From IMG/VR virus record IMGVR_UViG_2757320712_000001, positions 1 to 33,356 of that record: a stretch of DNA of 33,356 nucleotides; one strand, written 5' to 3'. The position numbers were made by a program, and so were the translations under genes. The notes below the pieces were generated by a model that had not been told where the DNA came from, did no database searches, and was given only the letters and a program-made list of their open reading frames with translations. This document shows, piece by piece, positions 7,691 to 17,900 of the stretch (position 1 is the first letter of the stretch; each line of letters starts with the position of its first letter). Origin of the DNA: a virus.

Positions 7691-8095
7691 ATGGCAAAAG
7701 GAAGAACACCAAGATCATATAGTCAAAGATATGCAAAATGGTCAGCTAAATTTGCATCATTTTCAAATCCTACCGTAGCTTCGACAATTTTAAGTAATGT
7801 TGCACCAGTTGCACAGCAAAATTTCCAAACTAACGTTCCAAAATTCACTTCTGTGAATGAACAAGTAGCATCAGTTTTAAGCGAATATGGAATAACTGGT
7901 CCCAATAGAGCGATTTATCAAGGTTTCGGTCTTAAGGTAGCTAGAGCTTTAAATAGACTTGGCGGTGGACCGGCGTTAGTTAATATGATAAATGGTCTCA
8001 AAGCATATTATATCTCTGCATTTAATGCAAATCCAACTGTTCTTGATGCTGTGACAAATATAATAACTGGAAGTCCAACTGGATATGTAAGCTAA
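7691..8095 (+). CDS. Major capsid protein (SIRV2 gp26-like)
   Basis: 134 aa, MAKGRTPRSYSQRYAKW...IITGSPTGYVS, highly similar to the recalled SIRV capsid protein. Confidence 0.98.
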   Translation: MAKGRTPRSYSQRYAKWSAKFASFSNPTVASTILSNVAPVAQQNFQTNVPKFTSVNEQVASVLSEYGITGPNRAIYQGFGLKVARALNRLGGGPALVNMINGLKAYYISAFNANPTVLDAVTNIITGSPTGYVS

Positions 8096-8194
8096 AAAAT
8101 TATAGAATATCTTTTAAGCTATTTTATTTTTTTATTTTTTCTTTTTCAGAACGTTAGTTCAAATTTAAAATTTTAAAAAAATTATTTTTAACTT

Positions 8195-8365
8195 TTAGTC
8201 ATTATCTTCTACTTTTGTTTCTACATATTCATAAGTTTTTTTACTAATTCTTTTACAATCACTAATTCTTACACCTGGATGATGTTTTTTCAAATGTGTA
8301 ATCATAGCTTTTCTAGTTTTTGTTATTCTTTTACAAACTGGACACTCAAATAAAAAGATGTCCAT
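8195..8365 (-). CDS. C2H2 zinc-finger protein, about 56 aa
   Basis: CPVC-x12-HLKKHH. Second ATG preferred because ATG 8383 overlaps the promoter GTC box. Confidence 0.8.
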   Translation of the reverse strand: MDIFLFECPVCKRITKTRKAMITHLKKHHPGVRISDCKRISKKTYEYVETKVEDND

Positions 8366-8375
8366 GATATTTTTT

Positions 8376-8389
8376 AATGTCATGACATT
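8376..8389. promoter_or_regulatory. Palindromic bidirectional TATA-GTC promoter core
   Basis: AATGTCATGACATT between the divergent Zn-finger and glycosyltransferase genes. Confidence 0.65.
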
Positions 8390-8401
8390 TAAAAGCTTAA
8401 T

Positions 8402-9430
8402 ATGAAAACGACAATCCTGACTATGAATTATTCTTCCATAAGAAATGTTTCAGAAGATATAGCTCAAGTTCTAAGAAATCATGGTGAAATTGTAACAATT
8501 TCAACAAATCCATATTTAATTCCACAATCTGATAAATTAATAATTTTTATGCCTTTTCACCCTCCTTCATTAAATCCCTACTTATATACATTTAGAGAAT
8601 TTAAAGGCAAAAAATACTTTTATACAACTTGTGACGGTCAGCCTAATACAAATATTATAAATCAATATCTATTAAAAGAAATAAAATTTATTCCAAATTC
8701 AAAATTCTCAGCTCAAAATCTTCAAGAAGTCGGGTTAGAAGTTGATTTGCCAGTTTTCCATGGAATTAACTTTGAAATTGTAGAAAAAGCTGAAAAATTA
8801 GCTATTCAATTAAAGCAAAAGTTAGATAAAGATTTTCCAAACACTGTGAAATTTGGCATAGTTTCTGGTCTAACTAAGAGGAAAAACATGGATTTGATGC
8901 TTAAAGTTTTTCAGGAGATAAATACTAAAATTCCAGATTTAGCTAAAAAGATTCACTTTTTCGTGATTTCACATAAGGACTTTAAGAATTTTGAAGTTCC
9001 AGCAAATGTTCATTTTGTTAGCGAATTTGGGCTAAATCCAAGGGAGTATATATTTGCTTTCTATAGAGTTATGGATTATATGATAGTTCCTTCAGGAACT
9101 GAGGGCTTTGGACTTCCAGTTTTAGAAAGCATGGCTATGGGAACGCCGGTCATTCATCAATTAATGCCCCCATTTGATGAATTTACTTCATGGCAATGGA
9201 ATTTACTAATTAAATCTAGTGAAGTTGAAGAATATTATGACAAAACTCATGGTCAAAAATGGAAAATATATAAATTTGACATTCAAGATATGATAAATGC
9301 AATTATGATAGCTACAGAACTTCAAGATAGAGAAGAAAGAAGTAAAAATTTGAGAGAATTAGCTAAGAGATATGATATTAATAATTTGTATGTTAGATTC
9401 TTAGATAATGATGAACAAAGTTCATCATAA
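8402..9430 (+). CDS. GT-B (GT4-like) glycosyltransferase
   Basis: PSGTEGFGLPVLESMAMGTPVI signature, RKN motif. Next to the capsid gene as in other rudiviruses. Confidence 0.92.
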   Translation: MKTTILTMNYSSIRNVSEDIAQVLRNHGEIVTISTNPYLIPQSDKLIIFMPFHPPSLNPYLYTFREFKGKKYFYTTCDGQPNTNIINQYLLKEIKFIPNSKFSAQNLQEVGLEVDLPVFHGINFEIVEKAEKLAIQLKQKLDKDFPNTVKFGIVSGLTKRKNMDLMLKVFQEINTKIPDLAKKIHFFVISHKDFKNFEVPANVHFVSEFGLNPREYIFAFYRVMDYMIVPSGTEGFGLPVLESMAMGTPVIHQLMPPFDEFTSWQWNLLIKSSEVEEYYDKTHGQKWKIYKFDIQDMINAIMIATELQDREERSKNLRELAKRYDINNLYVRFLDNDEQSSS

Positions 9431-9481
9431 TGATTTATATTCGTCATTTTTTATGATTTTAAATTAAGGAGTTGGTATGAT

Positions 9482-9691
9482 ATGAGTTTTGAAATTGAAA
9501 GAAAAGAGGATAAAATTTTTATTACATATAAAAATCTTGATTATGAAATAGAACCTATTTCAATAAATGTAGAAATTGAAGTTAAAAAATTTGAAGAATG
9601 TGTTCAGAAATTTAGAGAAAAAGGAATTATAAAACCAGAATTAGAAGCTATGATAAGATTTGTATTTTATGGGGATTGTGTTGAGTACTAG
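9482..9691 (+). CDS. Hypothetical protein, 69 aa
   Basis: ATG ORF with a purine-rich SD-like sequence (GGAGTTGGT) upstream. Confidence 0.7.
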   Translation: MSFEIERKEDKIFITYKNLDYEIEPISINVEIEVKKFEECVQKFREKGIIKPELEAMIRFVFYGDCVEY

Positions 9692-9719
9692 ACCTACTTT
9701 ACTTATAATAAAAAATAAA

Positions 9720-9926
9720 ATGATTAGACAATATTTTTGTAGTGAATGTGATATAATGTTAGCAGAAGTAGAAAATAATACAATTAAAAAGTTTCAATCA
9801 TGTTTACATTTTCGTATTGAAAAATTCGGAAAAGAATATTATTTCCGTAAATTCATAAGACCTAGGAAAATTATTGCTGAAGAAAAAGATTATTTTTATT
9901 TATTGATTCCAAATGACAAAAACTGA
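9720..9926 (+). CDS. Small putative Zn-binding protein, about 68 aa
   Basis: Start moved to ATG 9720 (MIRQYFCSECDIM). CxxC...CxH. Confidence 0.6.
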   Translation: MIRQYFCSECDIMLAEVENNTIKKFQSCLHFRIEKFGKEYYFRKFIRPRKIIAEEKDYFYLLIPNDKN

Positions 9927-9976
9927 TTAATCGAAAAATCTATGAATGTCATAATATATATAATTGTTGTGGAAAC

Positions 9977-10102
9977 ATGAGTGAGATCATAATTGAGTGC
10001 AAGGATTTAACACGTTTTCATGTTAAAAAAGAAGACGGTGAACTAATGAGACGTATAATAAATATGTGTCAAGATTTCGGATTAGAAGTTAAGGTGTATT
10101 AA
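9977..10102 (+). CDS. Small hypothetical protein, 41 aa (not in the ORF track)
   Basis: MSEIIIECKDLTRFHVKKEDGELMRRIINMCQDFGLEVKVY. GTCATA element about 30 nt upstream; ends 3 nt before the next ATG. Confidence 0.6.
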   Translation: MSEIIIECKDLTRFHVKKEDGELMRRIINMCQDFGLEVKVY

Positions 10103-10105
10103 AAA

Positions 10106-10405
10106 ATGCCAAAATTCTATTATTGTTATATTTGTAAAATTTCAATATCTGGAAAAAAAGAATTCAAAAAGCATGCACAAATACACTTTAAAAATAATAG
10201 ATGTCCATATTGTAATATGAAGACTAAAAATTTATCAATTCATTTAGCATATTATCATTTACAATATAGAAGAAAAGCAATTTTATTAAGAGATTTAGCA
10301 ATTTTGTGCAAAGAAGCAAATAGTACAAATATTTTGAAAGATGAAAATTTAAAACTTGACAACTATATCAAATTTCATATAAAAAGAATGATGAATAAGT
10401 TATAA
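10106..10405 (+). CDS. Double C2H2 zinc-finger protein, 99 aa
   Basis: CYIC...HAQIH and CPYC...HLAYYH. Confidence 0.8.
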   Translation: MPKFYYCYICKISISGKKEFKKHAQIHFKNNRCPYCNMKTKNLSIHLAYYHLQYRRKAILLRDLAILCKEANSTNILKDENLKLDNYIKFHIKRMMNKL

Positions 10406-10429
10406 TTCTTTTTTTAGTTTGTATTTTTT

Positions 10430-10627
10430 TCACTTCTTATTTTCTGAATTTTTGTTTAATAAAACTGCTATATCTTTGCTTATTTCTTCAGATATATTTT
10501 TAATTATTCCTAAAGCTTCTAATATTTCATCTTCTTTAAGATCTTTATTTTCACTAATTTCATTAATTAGACCAAGTTGTAATTCAAGCAAAACCTCAAA
10601 TTTTATTAAATCTATCTTTTTTACCAT
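10430..10627 (-). CDS. Hypothetical protein, 65 aa
   Basis: SD AGGTG upstream and a TATA-GTC element at about 10656-10665. Confidence 0.7.
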   Translation of the reverse strand: MVKKIDLIKFEVLLELQLGLINEISENKDLKEDEILEALGIIKNISEEISKDIAVLLNKNSENKK

Positions 10628-10664
10628 CTTTCCACCTAGTTAGAAATTTAAAATATGACAAATA

Positions 10665-10892
10665 TCAAGTTTTATCTAGTCTCATTTTTATTTCTTCAAT
10701 TTGTTGTTTTAATTCATTCTGATTTATCTTTAATTCTTCAATTTCTATTTTTAAATTTTGTAATTCTGAGTTTACAATTTCTTTTACAGCATCTTTTAGA
10801 GCTTGTTTTATCTTAAGATAAAGTTGAACAATTGCAAATAATGTAGTTGCAAATGTGGAAATTACAGTTAAAATTAGTGTATATTCACTCAT
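10665..10892 (-). CDS. Membrane-anchored coiled-coil protein, 75 aa
   Basis: N-terminal transmembrane helix followed by heptads; 8-nt overlap with the upstream ORF. Confidence 0.75.
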   Translation of the reverse strand: MSEYTLILTVISTFATTLFAIVQLYLKIKQALKDAVKEIVNSELQNLKIEIEELKINQNELKQQIEEIKMRLDKT

Positions 10893-11268
10893 TTTTCATT
10901 TCCTCCATTTGTTCTTCTAAATTATCTAAATTTAAATTTTCATCTTCTTTAAATTTTTGATATACTGAATCAACTTGTTTCGCATAAGGCTGAGGATAAA
11001 CTACGCGAAAATCTGCGATATCAATTCTACCAGTTTTAGGATCTTTAGCTATTAAAAATTGAAAATAGAAAGTAAATCCGGGAATATATAGATCTACAAC
11101 CATAGGTAATTCTGAATTTTTTAAAATTATAATTGAATGAGACAAATATTTTGATAACCCATATATTTGTCCTCTATTTTCTAGTTCTCTAATTTTATCT
11201 ATCGCGATTCTTACAGGCCCAAAAATATTAGCAAATTCATCTTTAACTTGCATAATTATATATTTCAC
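10885..11268 (-). CDS. Conserved-looking hypothetical protein (start GTG 11268 or ATG 11253)
   Basis: Long ORF with globular composition; operator copy upstream. Confidence 0.75.
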   Translation of the reverse strand: MKYIIMQVKDEFANIFGPVRIAIDKIRELENRGQIYGLSKYLSHSIIILKNSELPMVVDLYIPGFTFYFQFLIAKDPKTGRIDIADFRVVYPQPYAKQVDSVYQKFKEDENLNLDNLEEQMEEMKNE

Positions 11269-11304
11269 AAAACAAGAATAAATAAACTCAAAGCAAATTT
11301 GCTA

Positions 11305-11324
11305 TATACATTATATTATGTATA
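11305..11324. promoter_or_regulatory. 20-bp operator, copy 3
   Basis: TATACATTATATTATGTATA. Confidence 0.6.
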
Positions 11325-11374
11325 TGCATTTGTTAATTGATATGTAAAGCATGAGCAAAAGATTTTTATAAATT

Positions 11375-11506
11375 TTAAGTTAATTTTCTTTTTTGTTTTT
11401 CTTTTATCTTTTTAACTATATCTTCTTTTAATTTCTCTAATTCTTCTTTATTTTCAATCTCAAGAAAATAATATTTTCCATCTTTTACAATTCTCATAAT
11501 TATCAT
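11375..11506 (-). CDS. Small hypothetical protein, 43 aa (not in the ORF track)
   Basis: MIIMRIVKDGKYYFLEIENKEELEKLKEDIVKKIKEKQKRKLT; starts 9 nt after ORF 11516..11722. Confidence 0.55.
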   Translation of the reverse strand: MIIMRIVKDGKYYFLEIENKEELEKLKEDIVKKIKEKQKRKLT

Positions 11507-11515
11507 TTCGATTGT

Positions 11516-11722
11516 TCAACTAGTTAATATTTTTAAAATTTTTTTCTTATCAATCTTTTTATCAATTTTTTGAGGTATATAAAATCCTTCATGAAAATCA
11601 TACGGTTCACTGTACCATATTTTTATTTTAGGATAAACTGGTTCACCATACCATAAGTTTTTATTCAAATTACATGGCTCAATATTCCACTCTTTTTTCT
11701 TCTTAATGATCATGTTTATCAT
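11516..11722 (-). CDS. Hypothetical protein, 68 aa
   Basis: Co-oriented, 4 nt after the virion-protein gene. Internal repeat WYGEP / WYSEP. Confidence 0.55.
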   Translation of the reverse strand: MINMIIKKKKEWNIEPCNLNKNLWYGEPVYPKIKIWYSEPYDFHEGFYIPQKIDKKIDKKKILKILTS

Positions 11723-11726
11723 CTCT

Positions 11727-13142
11727 TTATCTTCCAGCTATATTTTTAAAGTTTTTGTAGTAGAAAATTGACTTATATTGTTTAGCTTTTATACTTTTTT
11801 GTGCTAATTTTATTGAATTTTCAATTTTTGCTTGACCCTGTAATTGCTCACCAAGTTGTTGTGCAAATTGTAAATCAGTATTTGAAATACCGTAAAATGA
11901 CCATTTTGTTCTCCAATAATTTAGAAAGTCATTATACGAAAGCGTTCTTTTTCCCGAATTATAACTGTAATTTTGTTGATAAGGATATCTTGCAATTTCT
12001 AAAATAGCTGAAGCTATCATTTTTGCATACCAAATATTTGGATATTTTTGATTTACAATTCTTTGAACTTGTAAAAATTGCTCATATGAAACTGCATAAT
12101 TCTCAATTTCAGAACTATAAGTTATATTTATCCCACCGGGACTAGAATCATATAAATGTAATTTAAACAAACTTCCAAAAATTGAGATTATTGTTTTATC
12201 AGCTGTTAAAATTGTTACTAAATCTAATTGTATAACATTATTAGGATTAAATTCAGGAATGAGAATAGCTAGGTCTAAAGGAGTATAATCTAGGATCATT
12301 CCAAATACATCAGCAAAATTTTGCAAAATCATATTGTTTTGTAATTGTACCTTATACGTCGGATATTCTTCAATTTCAGGAGCTAAAACACATCTATCGA
12401 GCCATCCAACATCTAACGCAAAACCGCTGTTTATTATATTATTTAAGTTAGGAATAAATGAAACTATGAATTTAGCTAAATCTGGAAGTTGATTATAGTT
12501 TAAATTTAAAGCATTTAATAAATCCGAGATTCCAGTATCTTGAATATTATTAAGTGAATAATTATCAACATTTGGAATTTGAGTATTTCCAATTCCCAAA
12601 GTTGAAAGATTAATAGATATATTTGAATAACTTAAACTATTAAAATATTGTTCTATTTTTTCACATGCTTGATTTCTATTTATAATTGTATTAGAAGGTT
12701 GAAAAACTGATAGATCAAAATAAGTTTCATCGAAAACCGCTGGTTGATAAAGTATACTACAAAGATTTACATAATTATCATAAAGTTTTGTAAAGCTATT
12801 AATAAATGCAAGACCAGATGTTTGCCCATAAATTGGACTTTGGCCTAATTGTAGAAAACTAAATGAATTTGCATTTGAATTAAATGTAGAAATTGCTAAA
12901 TTATTTAAAGCTGAAAGTAAAGCTGAAATAATTGTAGCATATGCAATTCCATAATTAGTATTTATACCTTTAGGAACTGAAATGTTCTCAAGTGGAGTTG
13001 GCAAAACTGATGAAACTCCAGCGTTAAACATTACAGAAAAAGCGGGGAAAGTATTTCTATTCAATACTTTTTGATAAAGATGATACTTCATCGATGCAAT
13101 TGATCTTTTGCCAACTTTCTTTCCCATAATTATTATATTCAT
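11727..13142 (-). CDS. Minor virion protein (SIRV2 ORF488-like); start may be ATG 13127
   Basis: Size, position and N-terminus (MKYHLYQKVLNR...FNAG) fit the conserved rudiviral structural protein. Operator upstream. Confidence 0.75.
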   Translation of the reverse strand: MNIIIMGKKVGKRSIASMKYHLYQKVLNRNTFPAFSVMFNAGVSSVLPTPLENISVPKGINTNYGIAYATIISALLSALNNLAISTFNSNANSFSFLQLGQSPIYGQTSGLAFINSFTKLYDNYVNLCSILYQPAVFDETYFDLSVFQPSNTIINRNQACEKIEQYFNSLSYSNISINLSTLGIGNTQIPNVDNYSLNNIQDTGISDLLNALNLNYNQLPDLAKFIVSFIPNLNNIINSGFALDVGWLDRCVLAPEIEEYPTYKVQLQNNMILQNFADVFGMILDYTPLDLAILIPEFNPNNVIQLDLVTILTADKTIISIFGSLFKLHLYDSSPGGINITYSSEIENYAVSYEQFLQVQRIVNQKYPNIWYAKMIASAILEIARYPYQQNYSYNSGKRTLSYNDFLNYWRTKWSFYGISNTDLQFAQQLGEQLQGQAKIENSIKLAQKSIKAKQYKSIFYYKNFKNIAGR

Positions 13143-13168
13143 AAAATGTTAATATAAAACTCAATTCT

Positions 13169-13188
13169 AATACATAATATAATGTATA
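13169..13188. promoter_or_regulatory. 20-bp operator, copy 4
   Basis: AATACATAATATAATGTATA; TTTATATT follows 10 nt downstream on the minus strand. Confidence 0.6.
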
Positions 13189-13261
13189 TTAGTTTTACAT
13201 TTTGATCTCATCATATTCAATTCGTAAAGTATATATTTGTCATAATTTGAGTTACAAATAT

Positions 13262-13720
13262 ATGCAATTACAATTTAGAATAGAAGAAGCTAAAAGTAAA
13301 GAATTAATAAAATTTGTAAGAATGTTGATAGATTATTATCATTCTCAAGGAATGCCTTTAGGGGGGGGAGCTGGAAAAAATAGCAGATATTTTATGTATT
13401 TAGCTAATGATGGAGAACAAGATTTTATTGTAGCAGTAGCATGGCTTCATGATAATACTCCTTTTCGTTACATAGCTCAAGATTATAAAATTCCAAATGA
13501 TAGATCATATTTTATTAGAAGAGTTACAAAAACAGCTCCTGGAGATTATGGCATTAATTTTCTAGTTGACTTATCTAAGAAATTGAAAAATGATGGATTT
13601 GAAGTACTTTGGACACTTGGATTTCCAGATCATTCAAATGCACTTTACAAGAAAGCTGGATTTCAAGAAGTAGGAAAAACAAATAGAACTGGGCATCCAA
13701 TTTTCATTAAAAAATTATAA
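13262..13720 (+). CDS. GNAT-like acetyltransferase, about 152 aa
   Basis: Start moved to ATG 13262, behind TATATATTTGTCATA. C-terminal SNALYKKAGFQEVG is a typical GNAT motif B. Confidence 0.7.
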   Translation: MQLQFRIEEAKSKELIKFVRMLIDYYHSQGMPLGGGAGKNSRYFMYLANDGEQDFIVAVAWLHDNTPFRYIAQDYKIPNDRSYFIRRVTKTAPGDYGINFLVDLSKKLKNDGFEVLWTLGFPDHSNALYKKAGFQEVGKTNRTGHPIFIKKL

Positions 13721-13996
13721 CTTGTGTTTTTTAATGTTTTTTGCTACATATACAGATTCAATAATTGCAAGAAGTGTTTCAAGTTGAACATCATCTTCTA
13801 TAAGCATTCCAAAAAAATAACCAAAGAAAATAATTAAAGAATCCATACTTATTTTTTCATCTTTGTAGCTTTCTAGTATATCGTAAAAAGCATATTCTAG
13901 ATAGCTTACTTGTTTTTCTATAATTTTAAGTGAGTTTTCATCTGGATGAAAAGTTTCTTTGAAAACTTCTATTATTTTTTCTAAGCCTTTGTCCAT
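13715..13996 (-). CDS. Hypothetical protein, 93 aa
   Basis: ATG ORF with a TATA-GTC element upstream (TGAC at 14023-14026). Confidence 0.7.
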   Translation of the reverse strand: MDKGLEKIIEVFKETFHPDENSLKIIEKQVSYLEYAFYDILESYKDEKISMDSLIIFFGYFFGMLIEDDVQLETLLAIIESVYVAKNIKKHKL

Positions 13997-14068
13997 ACTT
14001 ATCTATATAAAAATTTTCATTATGACAAATTTAAACATATATATGTCATAATTTTAAAAGTTTAGCTG

Positions 14069-14434
14069 ATGAATTTTAGACAATCTGGAAAATATTATGA
14101 GTATAAGACACTTAATTATCTAGAAAAAAACGGTTATAAAGCTATAAGAATTCCAACATCGGCAACTGGAAAACAGCCAATTCCAGACATTATAGCAACT
14201 AAGAATAATATAATTTTTCCAATTGAAGTTAAATCAACTTCACAAAGTTATGTTATAGTTGATAATTTTCAAATTGATAAATTGTTTAAGTTCTGTGAGA
14301 TATTCAATTTTTGTAATTGTAAACCGTTAATACTAGTTCATTATAAAAAATATAAAAATGTCATAATATATAATTTGAGTCAAGATGTCAGAGAAAAAAG
14401 TAAAATCAAATTTACCTTCAGAGCTAACAGCTAA
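14069..14434 (+). CDS. hjc: Holliday junction resolvase (Hjc-like)
   Basis: GKYYE...L.KNGY..IR, PDIIA, IEVKST PD-(D/E)xK motifs; 121 aa. Confidence 0.93.
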   Translation: MNFRQSGKYYEYKTLNYLEKNGYKAIRIPTSATGKQPIPDIIATKNNIIFPIEVKSTSQSYVIVDNFQIDKLFKFCEIFNFCNCKPLILVHYKKYKNVIIYNLSQDVREKSKIKFTFRANS

Positions 14435-14594
14435 ATTGTATTTAGCACTTGATGACTTAACTATGGCATTAGCTACTTGCGATGATGAAAATATCCGAAA
14501 GTCTGAAGTTTTCAAAAAAGCTCTTGAAGTTGTGAAAATTGTAAAAGAGATGAGAAATGCTAAAATAAAAACTGATGAAGAAGAAAAATCCTAA
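14385..14594 (+). CDS. Hypothetical protein, 69 aa
   Basis: GTCATA promoter element inside the resolvase gene (about 14360). Resembles a small conserved SIRV ORF next to the resolvase. Confidence 0.7.
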   Translation: MSEKKVKSNLPSELTAKLYLALDDLTMALATCDDENIRKSEVFKKALEVVKIVKEMRNAKIKTDEEEKS

Positions 14595-14924
14595 ATTCCA
14601 ATTTTTTTCTTTTTAAGTAGACAACACATTTGATATAACCCTTTTCATCTAAAATTTTTTTCTTTATAAATCTTTTTACGCCGATATTTTACGTAATTTA
14701 TCGTTAGCAAAAACAAAAATCTCGAGAGATAAGAATTTAAAAAGATTTCTTGTAAATTTACGACTTTAGTTTATATACTCATCATTACAATTTCTTAGCA
14801 AGATGATGAGAAAAAATATCATCTGAAGAATTGAAAGAACTTTTATTCTTGTATTTTTTTACATAAAACAATTTTTACTTTTACAACAACATTTATAATT
14901 TTATAATATACACATGATAATAAT

Positions 14925-17900
14925 ATGAGTTTCTTATTAAATCTTGGAGATTTAGGTACATTTTTTTCAGATGAGCTAACAGCATTAGAGAATTTTGCAA
15001 ATTTCTTAAGCTCTGAGTTTATAAATTTTTTTAGTGCAGTAGTTAATGATATTGAAAATGTTGTAAGTTTCATAGGTCAAGCAATTAGTGATATTCCAAC
15101 TTTTATGCAAAAAATTGCTAACAATTTCTTACAAATTCTACAAAACTTCGTACAAACTGCAATTCCAGTAGTTTCAGGATTTTTAACATTTCTTGAACAA
15201 CAAATTATAAATGTATTTCAAGATTTGTCTTCTTTAGCTTCTACATTTATTAATGATGCATATTCATTTTTACAAGGTGTTGTAAATGCATTTGCAAATT
15301 TAATAAGTACAATAGTTCAAGATTTTCTAAATAATTTTGGTCAAAATATGAAACATATTAGTTCTGCAATTTCTCAACTTACTCAATTCCTAACGCCGTT
15401 TATCGCTCCAGTTACTTTAGGAAAATTTTTGCCAGCAATAATAGATAAATTAGCTGAAATTTTGCCAGAAGTTGAAATAGATTTAGCGCCAGTTGGCCTA
15501 GGTGGAAAAATTCCAATTAACTTTGGAGAAATTGTAAAAGCTTTCGCAGAGACAACTGTTGATTTTCTTAATGAAGTTAGACAAGAAATTCAAACTACGC
15601 TTAAGGAGTTTATAAAAGAGCCATTTATTTCAGATTTTAAAATTACTGCGAGAGAAATATTTAATGAAATTGGACTTGGAGATTTACCATTTGCTGATCC
15701 ACCATTTAAACAAATTGCAAATTGGGTAGGTGCAAGATCTTTTAGTGAAATTAAAGATCATTTAAGAGAAACAATACTACTCACAGGATTTCCCGCATGG
15801 TTCACAGATGCATATCTAGAATCTCCAGTAGATGATTATATACCAAGAAATCCCTTATTTAGACCAGTAAATATAAGAGATGTAATTCTAGCTTCACAAT
15901 ATGGAATTTTAGACTTTAGTGCAGTTTCACAATATGCAGAAAATAATTTAATAACTCCAAAAACTGCAAAATTAATGTATAATAATCAAACTGCTAGACT
16001 TTTGCAAAGAGTAGTTGAAGAAGGAATTAGGCAATTTGTTGTAACTCCAGATAAAGCATATGAAGAAATTATAAATAATGTTAATTTAGCAGGTAAAGAT
16101 TTATATTTAAAAGTTTTCTCTCTCGAGTACAATTACTCTGTTCAGAGAATTGTTAGACAGTTCTTGAGATCACTTTTATCGAGAGCATTAACAAATTTTG
16201 GAAGGCCTTACATTGACTTAAAATTCCTAGAATCAACAGTTCAAAAATTATTTAAAGAATTAAATTATCCCGCTGAAGTTCAAAGTGTTTTCAACGTGAT
16301 GATTGAACAATCTCAAATAGTTTACACTAATCAACTTCTTCTAACACAATTAGAACAAATTACCAGATTAGGAATATTTGATGAAAAGAAAATAAAAGCA
16401 GAGTTAAAAGCTAATAACTTTAATGAGCAAATAGCACTTACAATTTTGAATTATGAACTTCAATATGTAAAATTGCAGTATATCTTAAAAGAGTTTCAGT
16501 TTAAACTACAAAATTACATTATTAGCACAAAAGACGCAGAACATCAATTAAAGAGTTTAGGATTTGATTCTTCCATAATTTCTGAAATCCTATTTGAATA
16601 TCAAACTGCACCATTAGTGAAATATCAAATTTCACAAATTGAAAGTCTAGCTAAAAAAGGATATTTATCAGTTGATGAAATTAAAAAACAATTACATGCA
16701 CTAGAAGTTATAAAAGAGTTTGAAGATATATTTATCAATTACACAAATCAAGAAATTCAAATATCATCAACTTTAAGTATTGCAAAAGAACAATTAAGAA
16801 ACTTTCTAATAGATTCAAAAGCTGTAGAAAATGAATTAAAAGTGTTGAAAATTAACGAATATCTGATAAACGAGATAATTCAAGAAGAATATAACATAAA
16901 TATTGCTAAATTACAATTATCATATATAGAAACTTTAGCTAAGAATTTATATTATGATCAAGCTCAATTATCTGGAGAATTATCTAAAATTTTGAAAGAT
17001 AAAACTGCAATAGATCTTTATACTCAAAAATTCTATTATGAATACATATATCCAAAAATTATAAATTATTATACACAATTAGCAAGACATGGAATAATTA
17101 CAGATATTTCAAAACTTCCAAAAGAAATTGTACAATATGAAATTAATCCAGAAATCCAAATTTTCCAACTTACAACAGAATTAGAATATATAAAGTCTTT
17201 ATTAAAAGATTTACAAATAACTCCAGATAAAGCAATTCAAGAATTAGAAAAATTAGGAATGCAAAAAGATTTAGCTAATTTAATTGTTCAAACTTACATT
17301 CCTACAATTTATAGTTTACATACAATTATTGGAAATATTGTAAATGGACAACTCTTCAAAGTGGGAAAAGTTCCCGTAAATCTAGGAAATGCAGAAAGTG
17401 AACTTAGAAAATTAGGAATTCCAGAAAATCAAATAAAAGTTATCTTGGATCAATATGCCTCCAGTTTTGGACTTGAAATTTGGAGAAAATTCTTGCCTTC
17501 ACTTTCTCATATTGAAACTGCAATAAAATATAACTTTCCAGATAAACAATTAATTGACTATTCATTTATACCTTCTGAATTTCTAAATCTTTATAGTAAT
17601 TTATATCAACATGAAATAATAGGACAATATGTACAATCCTTGAAATCTGAATATGTAGAACTATTAGTTTATGGAGTTCAAAATATCCAATTAGAGAATT
17701 TATTAAAACAATATGGAATAAATGAAGCATTATTAGGAGTTCTAAAATTATCAGCTCAAATTAGAAAAATATTAACGGCTTACCAAGAACTTTACATTAC
17801 ACCATCTAAAGCATTACAAATTTCGGAATATGTATCAAATCCAACACAATTATTACAAAAAGTATTTTCAGAATTTCAAGTTCCTAGCGATTTACAAAAT

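Noticed and set aside
14814-14837. Second CRISPR-repeat-like sequence (ends GAATTGAAAG) with nearby TGATGA/CTGA box C/D-like words
   Set aside because: Only 17/24 to the repeat, the same score as a chance match inside rep (ending at about 5817). The C/D spacing is too short for a guide RNA.
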